NCBI RefSeq assembly: GCF_900199515.1
Contig: NZ_LT963434.1
Span: 54,057-86,056, forward strand
DNA: 32,000 nt
Source of the DNA: Massilicoli timonensis
GTDB taxonomy: Bacteria > Bacillota_I > Bacilli_A > Erysipelotrichales > Erysipelotrichaceae
Direction of reading: 5' to 3'
This document shows positions 8,544-17,154 of the stretch, piece after piece. The translations under genes and the position numbers were made by a program. Each line of letters starts with the position of its first letter. Within the stretch, counting starts at the first letter, position 1. Under the pieces are notes generated by a model that worked only from the letters and a program-made list of their open reading frames with translations, searched no databases and had not been told where the DNA came from.

Positions 8544-8822
8544 ATGACGAAAAACGAATTGATTGAACAAATGGCAGCAGGAGCCGGAATTACAAAAGCC
8601 TCTGCAAAGGCGGCTTTGGATACGGCCTTAAACGCAATCACAAATTGTCTGGCAGAGGGCGGCAAGGTACAGCTTCCGGGTTTTGGAACTTTTGAAACCC
8701 GCCAGCGCGCCGCACGCACCGGCATGAACCCGCAGACAAAGAAACCTGTTGCCATTCCCGCTGCTACCGTACCGGCTTTCAAAGCTGGCAAGGGCTTAAA
8801 GGACAGTGTGGATAAAAAATAG
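8544..8822 (+). CDS. hup: HU-family DNA-binding protein
   Basis: MTKNELIEQMA...GGKVQLPGFGTFETRQRAARTGMNPQTKKPVAIPAATVPAFKAGKGLKD is a canonical HU/IHF fold signature. ATG 8544 follows GGAGG. Confidence 0.9.
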   Translation: MTKNELIEQMAAGAGITKASAKAALDTALNAITNCLAEGGKVQLPGFGTFETRQRAARTGMNPQTKKPVAIPAATVPAFKAGKGLKDSVDKK

Positions 8823-8969
8823 GCTGTAACAACGCAAGAATGGTTTTTGCGCTGAATTTGGTAACGGGCATACCTTATGCCTGATTGAAAGTTTCAATAA
8901 ATGCGCCTGTCCGCATTTTGTAAATAGGCGCATATAAAGATTTGCTATATAAAGAGAGGAGAAAATCAA

Positions 8970-10751
8970 ATGATGAAAGTAAAAAAACAAATTTTGGCGA
9001 TCGTGCTAGGAGTAGGTATGGTACTATGCTTGCTTCCGGGCATAGTATTGGCACAGGGACCAACAGGTGGCACGTCGCACATCGCGGATAAAAGCGTGCT
9101 TGCAATCAATGCAGCAACAAACGATGCGGCGATGGTGTATTTCGGAAGTGAGGGCGATCCAATTAAATGGCGTGTCGTTGAAGCAGGAGATGGTCAGCTT
9201 ACTCTGTTATCGTTAGATATCCAGGGGATGACTGAGTTTGGACCAACGAATACCAATGCCTATAAGGACAGCTATTTGCATCAGGCGATCACAGCAATAG
9301 CCGATGCTAAATTAAGCGCAGCAGAAAAGACTGCCGTTGTCAAAAGAGATTTAACGGTGAGTGAGTTTAACAAGTATGATACAGACGGAATAGCAGGAGA
9401 ACCGGTGGATGACCAGTTGTTATGGCCGTTATCAACGAAAGAGGTGATGAGCATGAACACCGCTGTCGGTGGTTCAATTTTACAGGCGAGCTTCGATTGG
9501 TGGACTCGCTCCCCCGGTAATCCCATGTTTGGTAATGCTCTTGCCGGCGCTGTCTCCGGTGCGGGTGTTGTTGATGAAAATGGTCGATTAGTCGCCGACA
9601 TCAATGTACTTGGAGTACGTCCTGCTTTCTATTTGAATCTGAATCAAGTCTTGTTTGCATCAGCTGCAGATAACGGAAAGTCAGATGTATTGGCAGGAAA
9701 CAATCCGATTTTCGAAAACGAGTCAGCCAACGATACCAACGAATGGAAATTAACCGTTTTAGATGATGCACACGCAAACTTCAAAGCAGAGTATCAAAGT
9801 ACGGATGGCAATACGGTTAAGATATCTTATGAGAATGCCAATACTACCGATACCAACGGTTATATCTCCGTGATTGTGCAAGATAACACGACCAAGGAAT
9901 ATACGCATTATGTAAAGTTAGAGAAAGTAACCGGAGAAAATGGAACAGTCAGAGTCGATCTGACTGGTGTGGATATGAGTAATAAAACTTTGTATGTGTT
10001 CAATGAACAATGCAACGATGCAAAGAAAACCGATTATGCCAGTCCGCTTCAACCAATTGATTTATCAAATCAAAAAGCAACAAATGATTGGAACTCTGAA
10101 CTGACAATCGATGGCTGGACGTATGGAGAATATGACGCTATAGAAAATGCGCCGAAGATTGAATCCCAATATGGAGAGCCTACCTATTGGTACAGTGATA
10201 GCGAAGATGGTCCATGGACAACAACCGTGCCTACGGAAGCGGGAACATATTATGTGAAAGCAACGGTGGAAGCCACCGATGAGTATGAGGGATTGGAAAG
10301 TGATCCGGTTTCCTTTGTCATTAAACAGGCAAACGGTCAAGTGACAATCATCGAAGATTTGGATAAGTTATATGATGGAGAAGCGGTAAAAGATCCGCAG
10401 GTGGACACACACGGAAGCACAGGTAAAGTTACTTTTACGTGGGAAGTGGAGCAAGACGGTACATGGAAAGTTTTAGATGGTGCGCCGACAAATCCAGGAC
10501 ACTATCGCGTAACGGCAACATTGGCACCGGATCGCAATTACACCCAAGCTACCGCAAGCAAGACGTTTACGATTACTGAGAAAACGACGAAGCCAAACGA
10601 ACCAAGTAGTGGCGAGGATGGAAACAAAGAGGAATTTTCCATCATAGAGACAGGAGCAAACAGCCATTTGATGATGTGGGGAATCCTGATGCTTGTGTCA
10701 CTGGCGGTAATGAGCATCGCAATGACAAAGCAGAGAAAATACAATAAATAA
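8970..10751 (+). CDS. secreted surface protein with DUF6273-like N-domain, MBG-like repeats and a C-terminal sorting signal
   Basis: A signal peptide ends in VLAQG. WWTRSPG and VRPAFYLN motifs are typical of DUF6273. GTYYVKATV and PGHYRVTATL strands look MBG-like. The C-terminus is IIETGA + TM + KQRKYNK. Confidence 0.8.
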   Translation: MMKVKKQILAIVLGVGMVLCLLPGIVLAQGPTGGTSHIADKSVLAINAATNDAAMVYFGSEGDPIKWRVVEAGDGQLTLLSLDIQGMTEFGPTNTNAYKDSYLHQAITAIADAKLSAAEKTAVVKRDLTVSEFNKYDTDGIAGEPVDDQLLWPLSTKEVMSMNTAVGGSILQASFDWWTRSPGNPMFGNALAGAVSGAGVVDENGRLVADINVLGVRPAFYLNLNQVLFASAADNGKSDVLAGNNPIFENESANDTNEWKLTVLDDAHANFKAEYQSTDGNTVKISYENANTTDTNGYISVIVQDNTTKEYTHYVKLEKVTGENGTVRVDLTGVDMSNKTLYVFNEQCNDAKKTDYASPLQPIDLSNQKATNDWNSELTIDGWTYGEYDAIENAPKIESQYGEPTYWYSDSEDGPWTTTVPTEAGTYYVKATVEATDEYEGLESDPVSFVIKQANGQVTIIEDLDKLYDGEAVKDPQVDTHGSTGKVTFTWEVEQDGTWKVLDGAPTNPGHYRVTATLAPDRNYTQATASKTFTITEKTTKPNEPSSGEDGNKEEFSIIETGANSHLMMWGILMLVSLAVMSIAMTKQRKYNK

Positions 10752-10800
10752 AAATGTAAGAAGGCCTATGTCTATGAATCGAAGAGATAGGCTTTTCTTT
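10721..10800 (+). repeat. right copy of the 4845-4920 repeat (functional gene end plus terminator)
   Basis: See 4845-4920: 47/52 identities over the ungapped core. Confidence 0.7.
10761..10800 (+). terminator. probable terminator of the 8970-10751 gene
   Basis: A GCCTAT (10764-10769) / ATAGGC (10787-10792) stem extendable by A-U/G-U pairs, with a large 17-nt loop, followed by TTTTCTTT. Confidence 0.4.
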
Positions 10801-10953
10801 ATCTGTAACGCGGATATACTTTCATGTAATATGCCATGAAAAAGGGGAATGTCTCGGTATGGATAAAGAACCTTTGAAAATAGGGTAGTCTTCTTTTAGT
10901 ATGAGGTGGGATTGTCTATACGTCCTGATAGCGATCAACGTGAAATACTGAAA

Positions 10954-11076
10954 ATGTATCGCAATTTGATTTTTGTTTGGACTGCTGTTTTTTTCATTGG
11001 CGAAGGATTGGCCTTTGTCTTAATCACGTCTCTGCGCCAAAGCGTCAAGCGTCGTGAGGTGCTCGAACACCGATGA
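10954..11076 (+). CDS. possible small membrane protein (40 aa; alternative TTG start at 10912)
   Basis: My own translation gives MYRNLIFVWTAVFFIGEGLAFVLITSLRQSVKRREVLEHR, i.e. one hydrophobic helix plus a basic tail. A weak hairpin and T6 follow. The Shine-Dalgarno is poor. Confidence 0.25.
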   Translation: MYRNLIFVWTAVFFIGEGLAFVLITSLRQSVKRREVLEHR

Positions 11077-11152
11077 AATCAAGTGTCTTGGCAGACGTTT
11101 GACTTTTTTATAGTAAAATAGTAAGAAATACATGAAGGTGTAGAAATAAGTG

Positions 11153-11161
11153 TGCTATAAT
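11153..11161 (+). promoter_or_regulatory. extended -10 promoter element upstream of the lipoprotein gene
   Basis: TGcTATAAT at 11153-11161. There is no good -35. Confidence 0.45.
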
Positions 11162-11180
11162 AGAAAATGAGGTGAACGCT

Positions 11181-11699
11181 ATGCGAAAAAGCATCGGTTT
11201 GATTGTATTGGCATGCTTATTGTGCGCCTGTTCCGGCACACAGCGCTATGATGAAGAAGCACAGGAAAAATATCAGGAATATGTAGCGGCGATCGCAGCG
11301 AATAAAGGTGCGGAAAGCAGTGATATTCCGTTTGCACATGATATAACGATGGAAAAGGAAACAGATGGCTATGCTTATGAGATCACGATAAAAGAGCCTA
11401 TTACCGCCATGTATCAGATTGAATTCATGGCAGTGGACGGCGAACAGATCAAGGCGGATGATGTGACCCATCCAAGCTTAGGTATCTTGGACAGCGATGA
11501 GGTGTATCATATGGTGCCTTATCAGGAAGATAAAGAAAAAGGCTTTTATCGTTCGCTTTCCTTGAAAGGGAAGGTAAAGAAAAGCGAAGGATCGCTGTAT
11601 GTGATGGTCGCATGGAAGGATTATGCGAAACTGAATACCCATCGCGTGTATTTTACGTATGCTTATCAAAATGATGAAGCGCAGGAAAAAGAGGAATAG
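11181..11699 (+). CDS. hypothetical lipoprotein
   Basis: MRKSIGLIVLACLLCACSG is a signal peptide with a lipobox-like LCAC. ATG 11181 follows GAGGTGA. Confidence 0.7.
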   Translation: MRKSIGLIVLACLLCACSGTQRYDEEAQEKYQEYVAAIAANKGAESSDIPFAHDITMEKETDGYAYEITIKEPITAMYQIEFMAVDGEQIKADDVTHPSLGILDSDEVYHMVPYQEDKEKGFYRSLSLKGKVKKSEGSLYVMVAWKDYAKLNTHRVYFTYAYQNDEAQEKEE

Positions 11700-11712
11700 A
11701 GAGTGATGTCAT

Positions 11713-13329
11713 ATGAATAGGGAAAAGCGGAAGCAGTCGATCCTGGCCGGTGGACTGATCAGTACCGCAGGTATTTTTGTATCCAAGCTGATCGGCTTGC
11801 TTTATATGGTGCCTTTTACCGCTATTGTCGGTTCGGAAAATATGATCTTTTATTCACTGCCGCTCAATGTTTATACGTATATCCTGAATGTGGCGACTGC
11901 GGGACTTCCTTTTGCGGTGGCGACGATGGTGGCGCGTTCCGTTACCTTTGATGATTATAAGACGAGCCTGCTGATCAAGAAACTGGCGCATATCGTCATG
12001 TTTGCGTTTGGCGTCGTATCGATGCTGCTGCTGGTTCTTTGTTCCGGTTTGATCTCTTCCTTTCAGGTTGCGCAAGAATATGCGGATCAGCTGCGCAACA
12101 GTTATTTGATCTTGGCAGCGGCGCTGATCTTTGTGCCGATGCTCAGTGCGGGCAGAGGCTTTTATCAGGGGTTAAAGGATATGGAGCTCAATGCTTTGTC
12201 GCAGACGCTGGAACAGATCGTGCGGGTTGCCTTTGTTTTGTGTGCAGGCGCCCTCTGTGTGTATGTGTTCCATCAGGATCAGATCTGGGCAGCTTATTTC
12301 GGCGTAATGTCTACGGGCATAGCGGCGATTGCCGCGCTGCTTCATCTGCGCTTTTATGACCGCAAGCAGATGCCGAGGCTTAGAAAATTAGCCAAAGAAC
12401 AGGAAACAAAGGGCAATGACGATAAGCAGGCACTGTTAAAGGAAATGCTGTGGATCGCGTTTCCTTATCTGCTCATGGCAGCGCTTGGCTACAGTGATAT
12501 GATCGTCAATTCGCTGTTTTTGAATCAAGGACTGCTTGCGTATGGCTATAGCGAAGCTGCCAGCAGTCTGATCAGCGGCGCGATTACCGGACAGATCCAG
12601 AAGCTGATGTCGATCCCGATGGTGTTGGCACCGGGGTTTTCCGCAGCGATCGTTCCTTATCTGACGGTCAATATCGCCAAAAAAGATTGGAAACAAGTGC
12701 GCCGCAACATTGACGATTGTTTAGGTTCGGTGCTCTATATCGGCATTCCGATCTCTTTCTGCCTGTTTGCCTTTGCCACGCCGATCTATTATGTGATGTA
12801 TGGCGGCGGGGAAATGCTGCCGATCTATGGTGATATTTTGCGCTGGTATGCACTGGAGGCGTTTTTGAATACGATCGGACCGATCTTTAACGCGTTTATG
12901 ATGGCGGGCGGCTTGGCAAAGCTAAATCTGCGCAATCTGGGAATCTTCGCCTTGTTAAAGATCATTTTGACATATCCGATGATCATGCTGTTTGGTTACA
13001 GCGGTTCCGTGCTTTCCACCGTCATCGCTTATGCGATCAATATCTTGTTGGATGTGTATGCCTTCAAAAAATATTTTCATTTTTCCTTTCGCTATGTCAA
13101 TCGCCGTATGATTTTAATGCTGATCTGTACCGGCGCACTGTATGCAGTTTCACTTGTTTGCCCATTCATCGGTTTGAAAGGCTATGACTGTGGACGGTTT
13201 ATGGCGCTCATCCAACTAGGCATTGCCGGACTTTTATCAGTAGGTGCTTATGCGGCGCTGTCCTGTTATTTCCGCCTGCCGCAGACGATCTTTCATATTG
13301 ATTTCAAAAAGATTTTGAAGAGAGGATAA
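11713..13329 (+). CDS. MOP-superfamily polysaccharide/lipid II flippase-like protein (YtgP/SpoVB-like)
   Basis: A 538-aa polytopic membrane protein with about 14 hydrophobic segments and the N-terminal pattern GGLISTAGIFVSKLIGLLYMVPF. Adjacency to an rsuA-like gene mirrors B. subtilis ytgP-ytzG. Confidence 0.8.
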   Translation: MNREKRKQSILAGGLISTAGIFVSKLIGLLYMVPFTAIVGSENMIFYSLPLNVYTYILNVATAGLPFAVATMVARSVTFDDYKTSLLIKKLAHIVMFAFGVVSMLLLVLCSGLISSFQVAQEYADQLRNSYLILAAALIFVPMLSAGRGFYQGLKDMELNALSQTLEQIVRVAFVLCAGALCVYVFHQDQIWAAYFGVMSTGIAAIAALLHLRFYDRKQMPRLRKLAKEQETKGNDDKQALLKEMLWIAFPYLLMAALGYSDMIVNSLFLNQGLLAYGYSEAASSLISGAITGQIQKLMSIPMVLAPGFSAAIVPYLTVNIAKKDWKQVRRNIDDCLGSVLYIGIPISFCLFAFATPIYYVMYGGGEMLPIYGDILRWYALEAFLNTIGPIFNAFMMAGGLAKLNLRNLGIFALLKIILTYPMIMLFGYSGSVLSTVIAYAINILLDVYAFKKYFHFSFRYVNRRMILMLICTGALYAVSLVCPFIGLKGYDCGRFMALIQLGIAGLLSVGAYAALSCYFRLPQTIFHIDFKKILKRG

Positions 13330-13333
13330 TCAG

Positions 13334-14047
13334 ATGCGATTAGATAAGTTTTTGGCACATGCGCAGATCGGTACGCGCAGCGAAGTGAAAAAACTGGTGC
13401 GCAAAAAACGCGTAACCTGCAATGGTGTGGTCACAGTGAAAAGCGATCTGGAGATCGACACAGATCATGATGTGATCATGATCGATGGGGAGGAAGTCGT
13501 TTATGAAGCGCATCTCTATATCATGCTGCATAAGCCGCAGGACTGTATTTGCACAACTGCCGATCCCGATCAGATGACCGTCATGGATCTATTTGAGCCA
13601 CCGCTTCCAAACGATTATTTTCCGGTCGGCAGACTGGATAAAGATACGACCGGTCTGGTGCTGATCTGCAATGATGGAAAATTGGCGCATCAGCTGTTGT
13701 CACCGCGCCATCATGTCGATAAGCTGTATGAAGTGCATACGGCGGAAGCGATCACTTCATCGCAGGTGGCAATGCTTTCTGCAGACATACAGCTAAAAGA
13801 TGTTTGTTACCGCGGGGCAAAGGTCGAGGTGCGTGATACGCACTGTATGTGGATGCGGATCGCCGAAGGGAAATTCCATCAGGTCAAGCGCATGGTTGCC
13901 CATTGCGGCAATCAGGTCGTTTCTTTGAAACGATTGGCGATGGGACCGCTCACGCTGGATGAAACGCTGGGGGAGGGGGAATATCGTCTATTAACTGACG
14001 AGGAGCTTGCACAGCTGCGTGAGTGTGGAAAGGGGAAAAGATCATGA
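13334..14047 (+). CDS. rsuA: RsuA/RluB-family rRNA pseudouridine synthase with S4 domain
   Basis: MRLDKFLA...SEVKKLVRKKRVTCNG forms the S4 domain. The catalytic motif is GRLDKDTTGLVLICNDG, and FHQVKRM is present. Confidence 0.85.
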   Translation: MRLDKFLAHAQIGTRSEVKKLVRKKRVTCNGVVTVKSDLEIDTDHDVIMIDGEEVVYEAHLYIMLHKPQDCICTTADPDQMTVMDLFEPPLPNDYFPVGRLDKDTTGLVLICNDGKLAHQLLSPRHHVDKLYEVHTAEAITSSQVAMLSADIQLKDVCYRGAKVEVRDTHCMWMRIAEGKFHQVKRMVAHCGNQVVSLKRLAMGPLTLDETLGEGEYRLLTDEELAQLRECGKGKRS

Positions 14048-14517
14048 TCGCCTGTATCGTCTGCATGAGTCCCAACGGCGTGATCGGGAAAGATGGCGTC
14101 ATGCCATGGCATGATCCACAGGAACTGCACTATTTTAAGGAGCAGACGATGGGAAAAGACATTTTGATGGGAAGTGTGACCTATGCGCATTTGCCAAACC
14201 CGTTACCGGGCAGAAAGATCCATGTCTTGACCCGCCATACAAACATCATTCAGAAAGAAGCGATCACTTTATGGAGCGAGAAAGCGGCGGTGCTGGATCG
14301 CTGGAAAGACAGTGATGATATCTTGATGGTGTGCGGCGGCGCCAGTATTTACGAGCAGTTTCTGCCTTATGCAAAGCGGCTCTATCTTTCTATATTGAAA
14401 ACGAATTATGAAGGCGATCGCTTCTTTCCTGCATTTGATGAAGAAATGTGGGAACTGATCGAAAAACGGCAGTATGAGACATTTGACGCGTATCAGCTGC
14501 AGCGGAAAACAAAGTGA
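14044..14517 (+). CDS. folA: dihydrofolate reductase
   Basis: MIACIVCMSPNGVIGKDGVMPW......F...TMGKDILMGSVTY...LPGR is a DHFR signature. ATG 14044 overlaps the rsuA stop. Confidence 0.85.
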   Translation: MIACIVCMSPNGVIGKDGVMPWHDPQELHYFKEQTMGKDILMGSVTYAHLPNPLPGRKIHVLTRHTNIIQKEAITLWSEKAAVLDRWKDSDDILMVCGGASIYEQFLPYAKRLYLSILKTNYEGDRFFPAFDEEMWELIEKRQYETFDAYQLQRKTK

Positions 14518-14529
14518 GGAGATGACACG

Positions 14530-15831
14530 ATGCGTTTTGTAGATATCATTGAAAAAAAGAAAAGCGGACAGGCGCTCAATAAAGCGGAGATCGACTTTTG
14601 GATCAACGGCTATGTGGCACAGGAAATACCGGATTATCAGGTAGCGGCGCTGTTGATGGCGATCTGCTTCCAAGGCATGACGATCGATGAGACCGTTTGG
14701 CTTACCGATGCCATGCTGCACAGCGGTGATGTGATCGATCTAAGCAAGATCAACGGTGTAAAGGTAGATAAGCACTCCACCGGCGGAGTGGGGGATAAGA
14801 CTTCGCTTGCTTTGACCCCGATGGTGGCGGCATGCGGCGCAAAGGTCGCAAAGATGAGCGGCCGTGGTCTTGGGCATACCGGCGGGACGCTGGATAAGTT
14901 AGAATCCATCAGCGGTTTTCAGATCGATATGGAGGAAAGCCGCTTCATCGAACAGGTCAATGAGATCGGTCTGTCGATCATCGGACAGACGACCCAGGTT
15001 GTACCGGCAGATAAAAAACTATATGCACTGAGAGATGTAACCGCATGCGTCAATGCGATCCCGCTCATTGCCAGCAGCATCATGTCGAAGAAACTGGCAA
15101 GCGGTGCTGATACGATCTTATTGGATGTCAAGTACGGAGAAGGCGCTTTTATGAGCGATGTGGCTTCGGCACGCACCTTGGCAAAGACGATGATCGCCAT
15201 CGGCAAAAGACTGGGCAAGGATACACGAGCGATGATCACAAACATGAATCAGCCTTTGGGCAATGCGATCGGCAATGCGCTGGAGGTAAAAGAAGCGATC
15301 GACACCCTGCATGGAAAAGGGCCTGCGGATTTTACGGAATTGTGTTTGGAAGCAGGCAGCGTGATGCTGATGCAGGCAAAGCTTGCAAACGATCATGCGA
15401 GCGCCAGAAAGATGCTGGAACAGGTGATTCAAGACGGCAGTGCATTTGCGAAATTCGCGGCAATGGTAAAGGCGCAGTCGGGCGATGTAGAAGAACTGTA
15501 TCATCCTGAAAAGCTGCCGCAGGCACCTGTTACATGTGAATTAACAGCGCAGGAAAGCGGCTATATCTGCGATATGAACGCCCTGTCGCTTGGTGTTGCG
15601 GCGATGCGCTTAGGCGCCGGCAGAGCGTTAAAGGAAGATCAGATCGATCCATCAGTCGGCATCGTATTGCATAAAAAGGTAGGCGATCATGTGGAAAAAG
15701 GCGATTCCCTTGCCACGATCCACCATCGTACACCGCTTTCACAGGATTTCATGGATGCGTGTCTTGCGGCATATACGTTTCATGAAACTGCCTGTGAAAA
15801 ACCACAGCTTATCGAGGAGATCATCGAATAG
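14530..15831 (+). CDS. pdp: pyrimidine-nucleoside (thymidine) phosphorylase
   Basis: DKHSTGGVGDKTSL and SGRGLGHTGGTLDKLES motifs in a 433-aa protein. Confidence 0.92.
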   Translation: MRFVDIIEKKKSGQALNKAEIDFWINGYVAQEIPDYQVAALLMAICFQGMTIDETVWLTDAMLHSGDVIDLSKINGVKVDKHSTGGVGDKTSLALTPMVAACGAKVAKMSGRGLGHTGGTLDKLESISGFQIDMEESRFIEQVNEIGLSIIGQTTQVVPADKKLYALRDVTACVNAIPLIASSIMSKKLASGADTILLDVKYGEGAFMSDVASARTLAKTMIAIGKRLGKDTRAMITNMNQPLGNAIGNALEVKEAIDTLHGKGPADFTELCLEAGSVMLMQAKLANDHASARKMLEQVIQDGSAFAKFAAMVKAQSGDVEELYHPEKLPQAPVTCELTAQESGYICDMNALSLGVAAMRLGAGRALKEDQIDPSVGIVLHKKVGDHVEKGDSLATIHHRTPLSQDFMDACLAAYTFHETACEKPQLIEEIIE

Positions 15832-15845
15832 ATCTCCTTTTTTTC
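15816..15845 (+). terminator. intrinsic terminator after pdp
   Basis: GGAGATC (15816-15822) pairs with GATCTCC (15831-15837), followed by T7. Confidence 0.75.
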
Positions 15846-16006
15846 AGCATTTCACTAGGAACGTATGAAAAGATGGAATAAATTGACAAAATAAGACAAA
15901 TCATATATCACTATGTAGAATAAAGAGGGTTTTGCTGGAAGGATCCCAGCAGGAAAAAAAGTATTACAGAATGCTGGATCTGTAAGAATTAGAAGGAGAT
16001 GGATTT

Positions 16007-16642
16007 GTGAAGTGGAACGTAAATAACAAGATGATGAACAATATCAACAAAAACAGACAGAATAAAGATCTGGAAGAAGATGCAGCAGCATTGCGCACGG
16101 AAGAAAAATTGGATGAAATGCTTGCAAATGATATTCCTGTAAATGATAGCGATGAGCTGATGGCCGCAATCAATCGCTATGAGGAAGGAAGCAATTTAGA
16201 AACGCCTGCAGAAAGAGAAGTGTCGGTGATTGAAGCCAAGACGACGGTTTACGGCAATATTGAATGTGAGGGCGATCTGCATGTCAAAGGCGTGATCAAC
16301 GGTGATTTAGCGGTAAGCGGAAAAGTGATGTCCGGCGGTAAAACAAACGGTACGATCGAAGCGGAGAGCGTTGTGCTGCACGATGCCAAGCATGAGGGCG
16401 ATATCCGCTGTGCAAAAGAAATCACGCTGGGAAGTGAAGTATCCGTCGTAGTCGGCAATATTACGGCGCAGTCGGTCAATCTTTTAGGTAAAGTAAAAGG
16501 GAATGTGAGCGTGAATGAACGCTGTCATATCGGCGCACAGGCTGTGGTGATCGGCGATATCTGCGCGAAAGTGATCGAAGTCGAAGCCGGTGCCGTCATC
16601 AAAGGTCATCTGGATATTACGCAGGACGCGGCTGTTGAATAA
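16007..16642 (+). CDS. bactofilin-family polymer-forming protein with acidic N-terminal extension
   Basis: The C-terminal two-thirds shows a beta-helical repeat pattern (V.G.I..EGDLHVKGVINGDL.VSGKV...G.I.A.SV.L.G.V.G.V......I...A.V.G.I). GTG 16007 lies 8 nt after AGGAG. Confidence 0.75.
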   Translation: MKWNVNNKMMNNINKNRQNKDLEEDAAALRTEEKLDEMLANDIPVNDSDELMAAINRYEEGSNLETPAEREVSVIEAKTTVYGNIECEGDLHVKGVINGDLAVSGKVMSGGKTNGTIEAESVVLHDAKHEGDIRCAKEITLGSEVSVVVGNITAQSVNLLGKVKGNVSVNERCHIGAQAVVIGDICAKVIEVEAGAVIKGHLDITQDAAVE

Positions 16643-16648
16643 AGGGGA

Positions 16649-17062
16649 ATGGATAGTATGATGAATGAAACTGCAAACAATAAAACGATCATCGCCCGCA
16701 AGTGCAAGATCGTAGGTGAGATCAGCGCCAATGATGATTTATTGGTATATGGAGAAGTAAAAGGCAATGTGAATTGCGTAAACGATATGGTGGTAGGCGG
16801 CAGCGTCGAGGGCGATGTCGAGGCCAGAGAATTGCGGGTCCATGGAAAGGCGGAGAACAATGGGAAAGCCGGGGCGATCTATGGACAGGTGGCAGTGGCA
16901 AACTGTATCGTAAACGGCAAGATCGAAGGAGATTGTCATATTGAGGGCGATATGATCGTCGGCAGTACGGCTGATCTGATCGGTGAGATCAACGCCGGCA
17001 GCATTGAAATTCAAAAAGGCGCCGCTTTGAAAGGCAGTCTGAATATCAATAATCAAGGATGA
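16649..17062 (+). CDS. bactofilin-family protein (second paralog)
   Basis: A compact DUF583/bactofilin pattern: IVGEISANDDLLVYGEVKGNV.....VVGGSVEGDV.A.ELRV.G...G.I.G......G.I.GD.....I.I..GA.LKG.L. Confidence 0.8.
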   Translation: MDSMMNETANNKTIIARKCKIVGEISANDDLLVYGEVKGNVNCVNDMVVGGSVEGDVEARELRVHGKAENNGKAGAIYGQVAVANCIVNGKIEGDCHIEGDMIVGSTADLIGEINAGSIEIQKGAALKGSLNINNQG

Positions 17063-17082
17063 TTTGGTAATCGTCTTTCATG

Positions 17083-17110
17083 AAAAGATGGCTTAGCGCC
17101 ATCTTTTTCA
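17083..17110 (+). terminator. intrinsic terminator after the bactofilin pair
   Basis: AAAAGATGGC (17083-17092) pairs with GCCATCTTTT (17098-17107); the T-run extends to 17108. Confidence 0.75.
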
Positions 17111-17154
17111 TATTTTCTGCCGTTTCCTCATACATTGAAGTGAGGTAGATAGAA

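Noticed and set aside
8240-8791. 183-aa minus-strand ORF, taken as representative of all minus-strand track ORFs (others include 14269-14721, 15118-15504, 6856-7281 and 29751-30158).
   Set aside because: Each lies antisense to a plus-strand gene with strong motif support. They have odd, low-complexity or Arg/Ser/Cys-rich composition and no Shine-Dalgarno or promoter. They are typical shadow ORFs.
12039-12359. Alternative-frame plus-strand ORFs inside genes (12039-12359, 5625-5915, 26447-26644, 28796-29104, 29791-30003, 30010-30216, 21859-22041).
   Set aside because: They are embedded in longer ORFs with clear family signatures and have Cys/Arg-rich composition typical of off-frame translation.
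17109-17135. Forespore (sigmaF/sigmaG) promoter upstream of dacF (TCATAT ... CATACAT).
   Set aside because: It only partly matches GHATR-N17/18-CATnnTA, and both spacing and the -10 are off. This is not enough to call.
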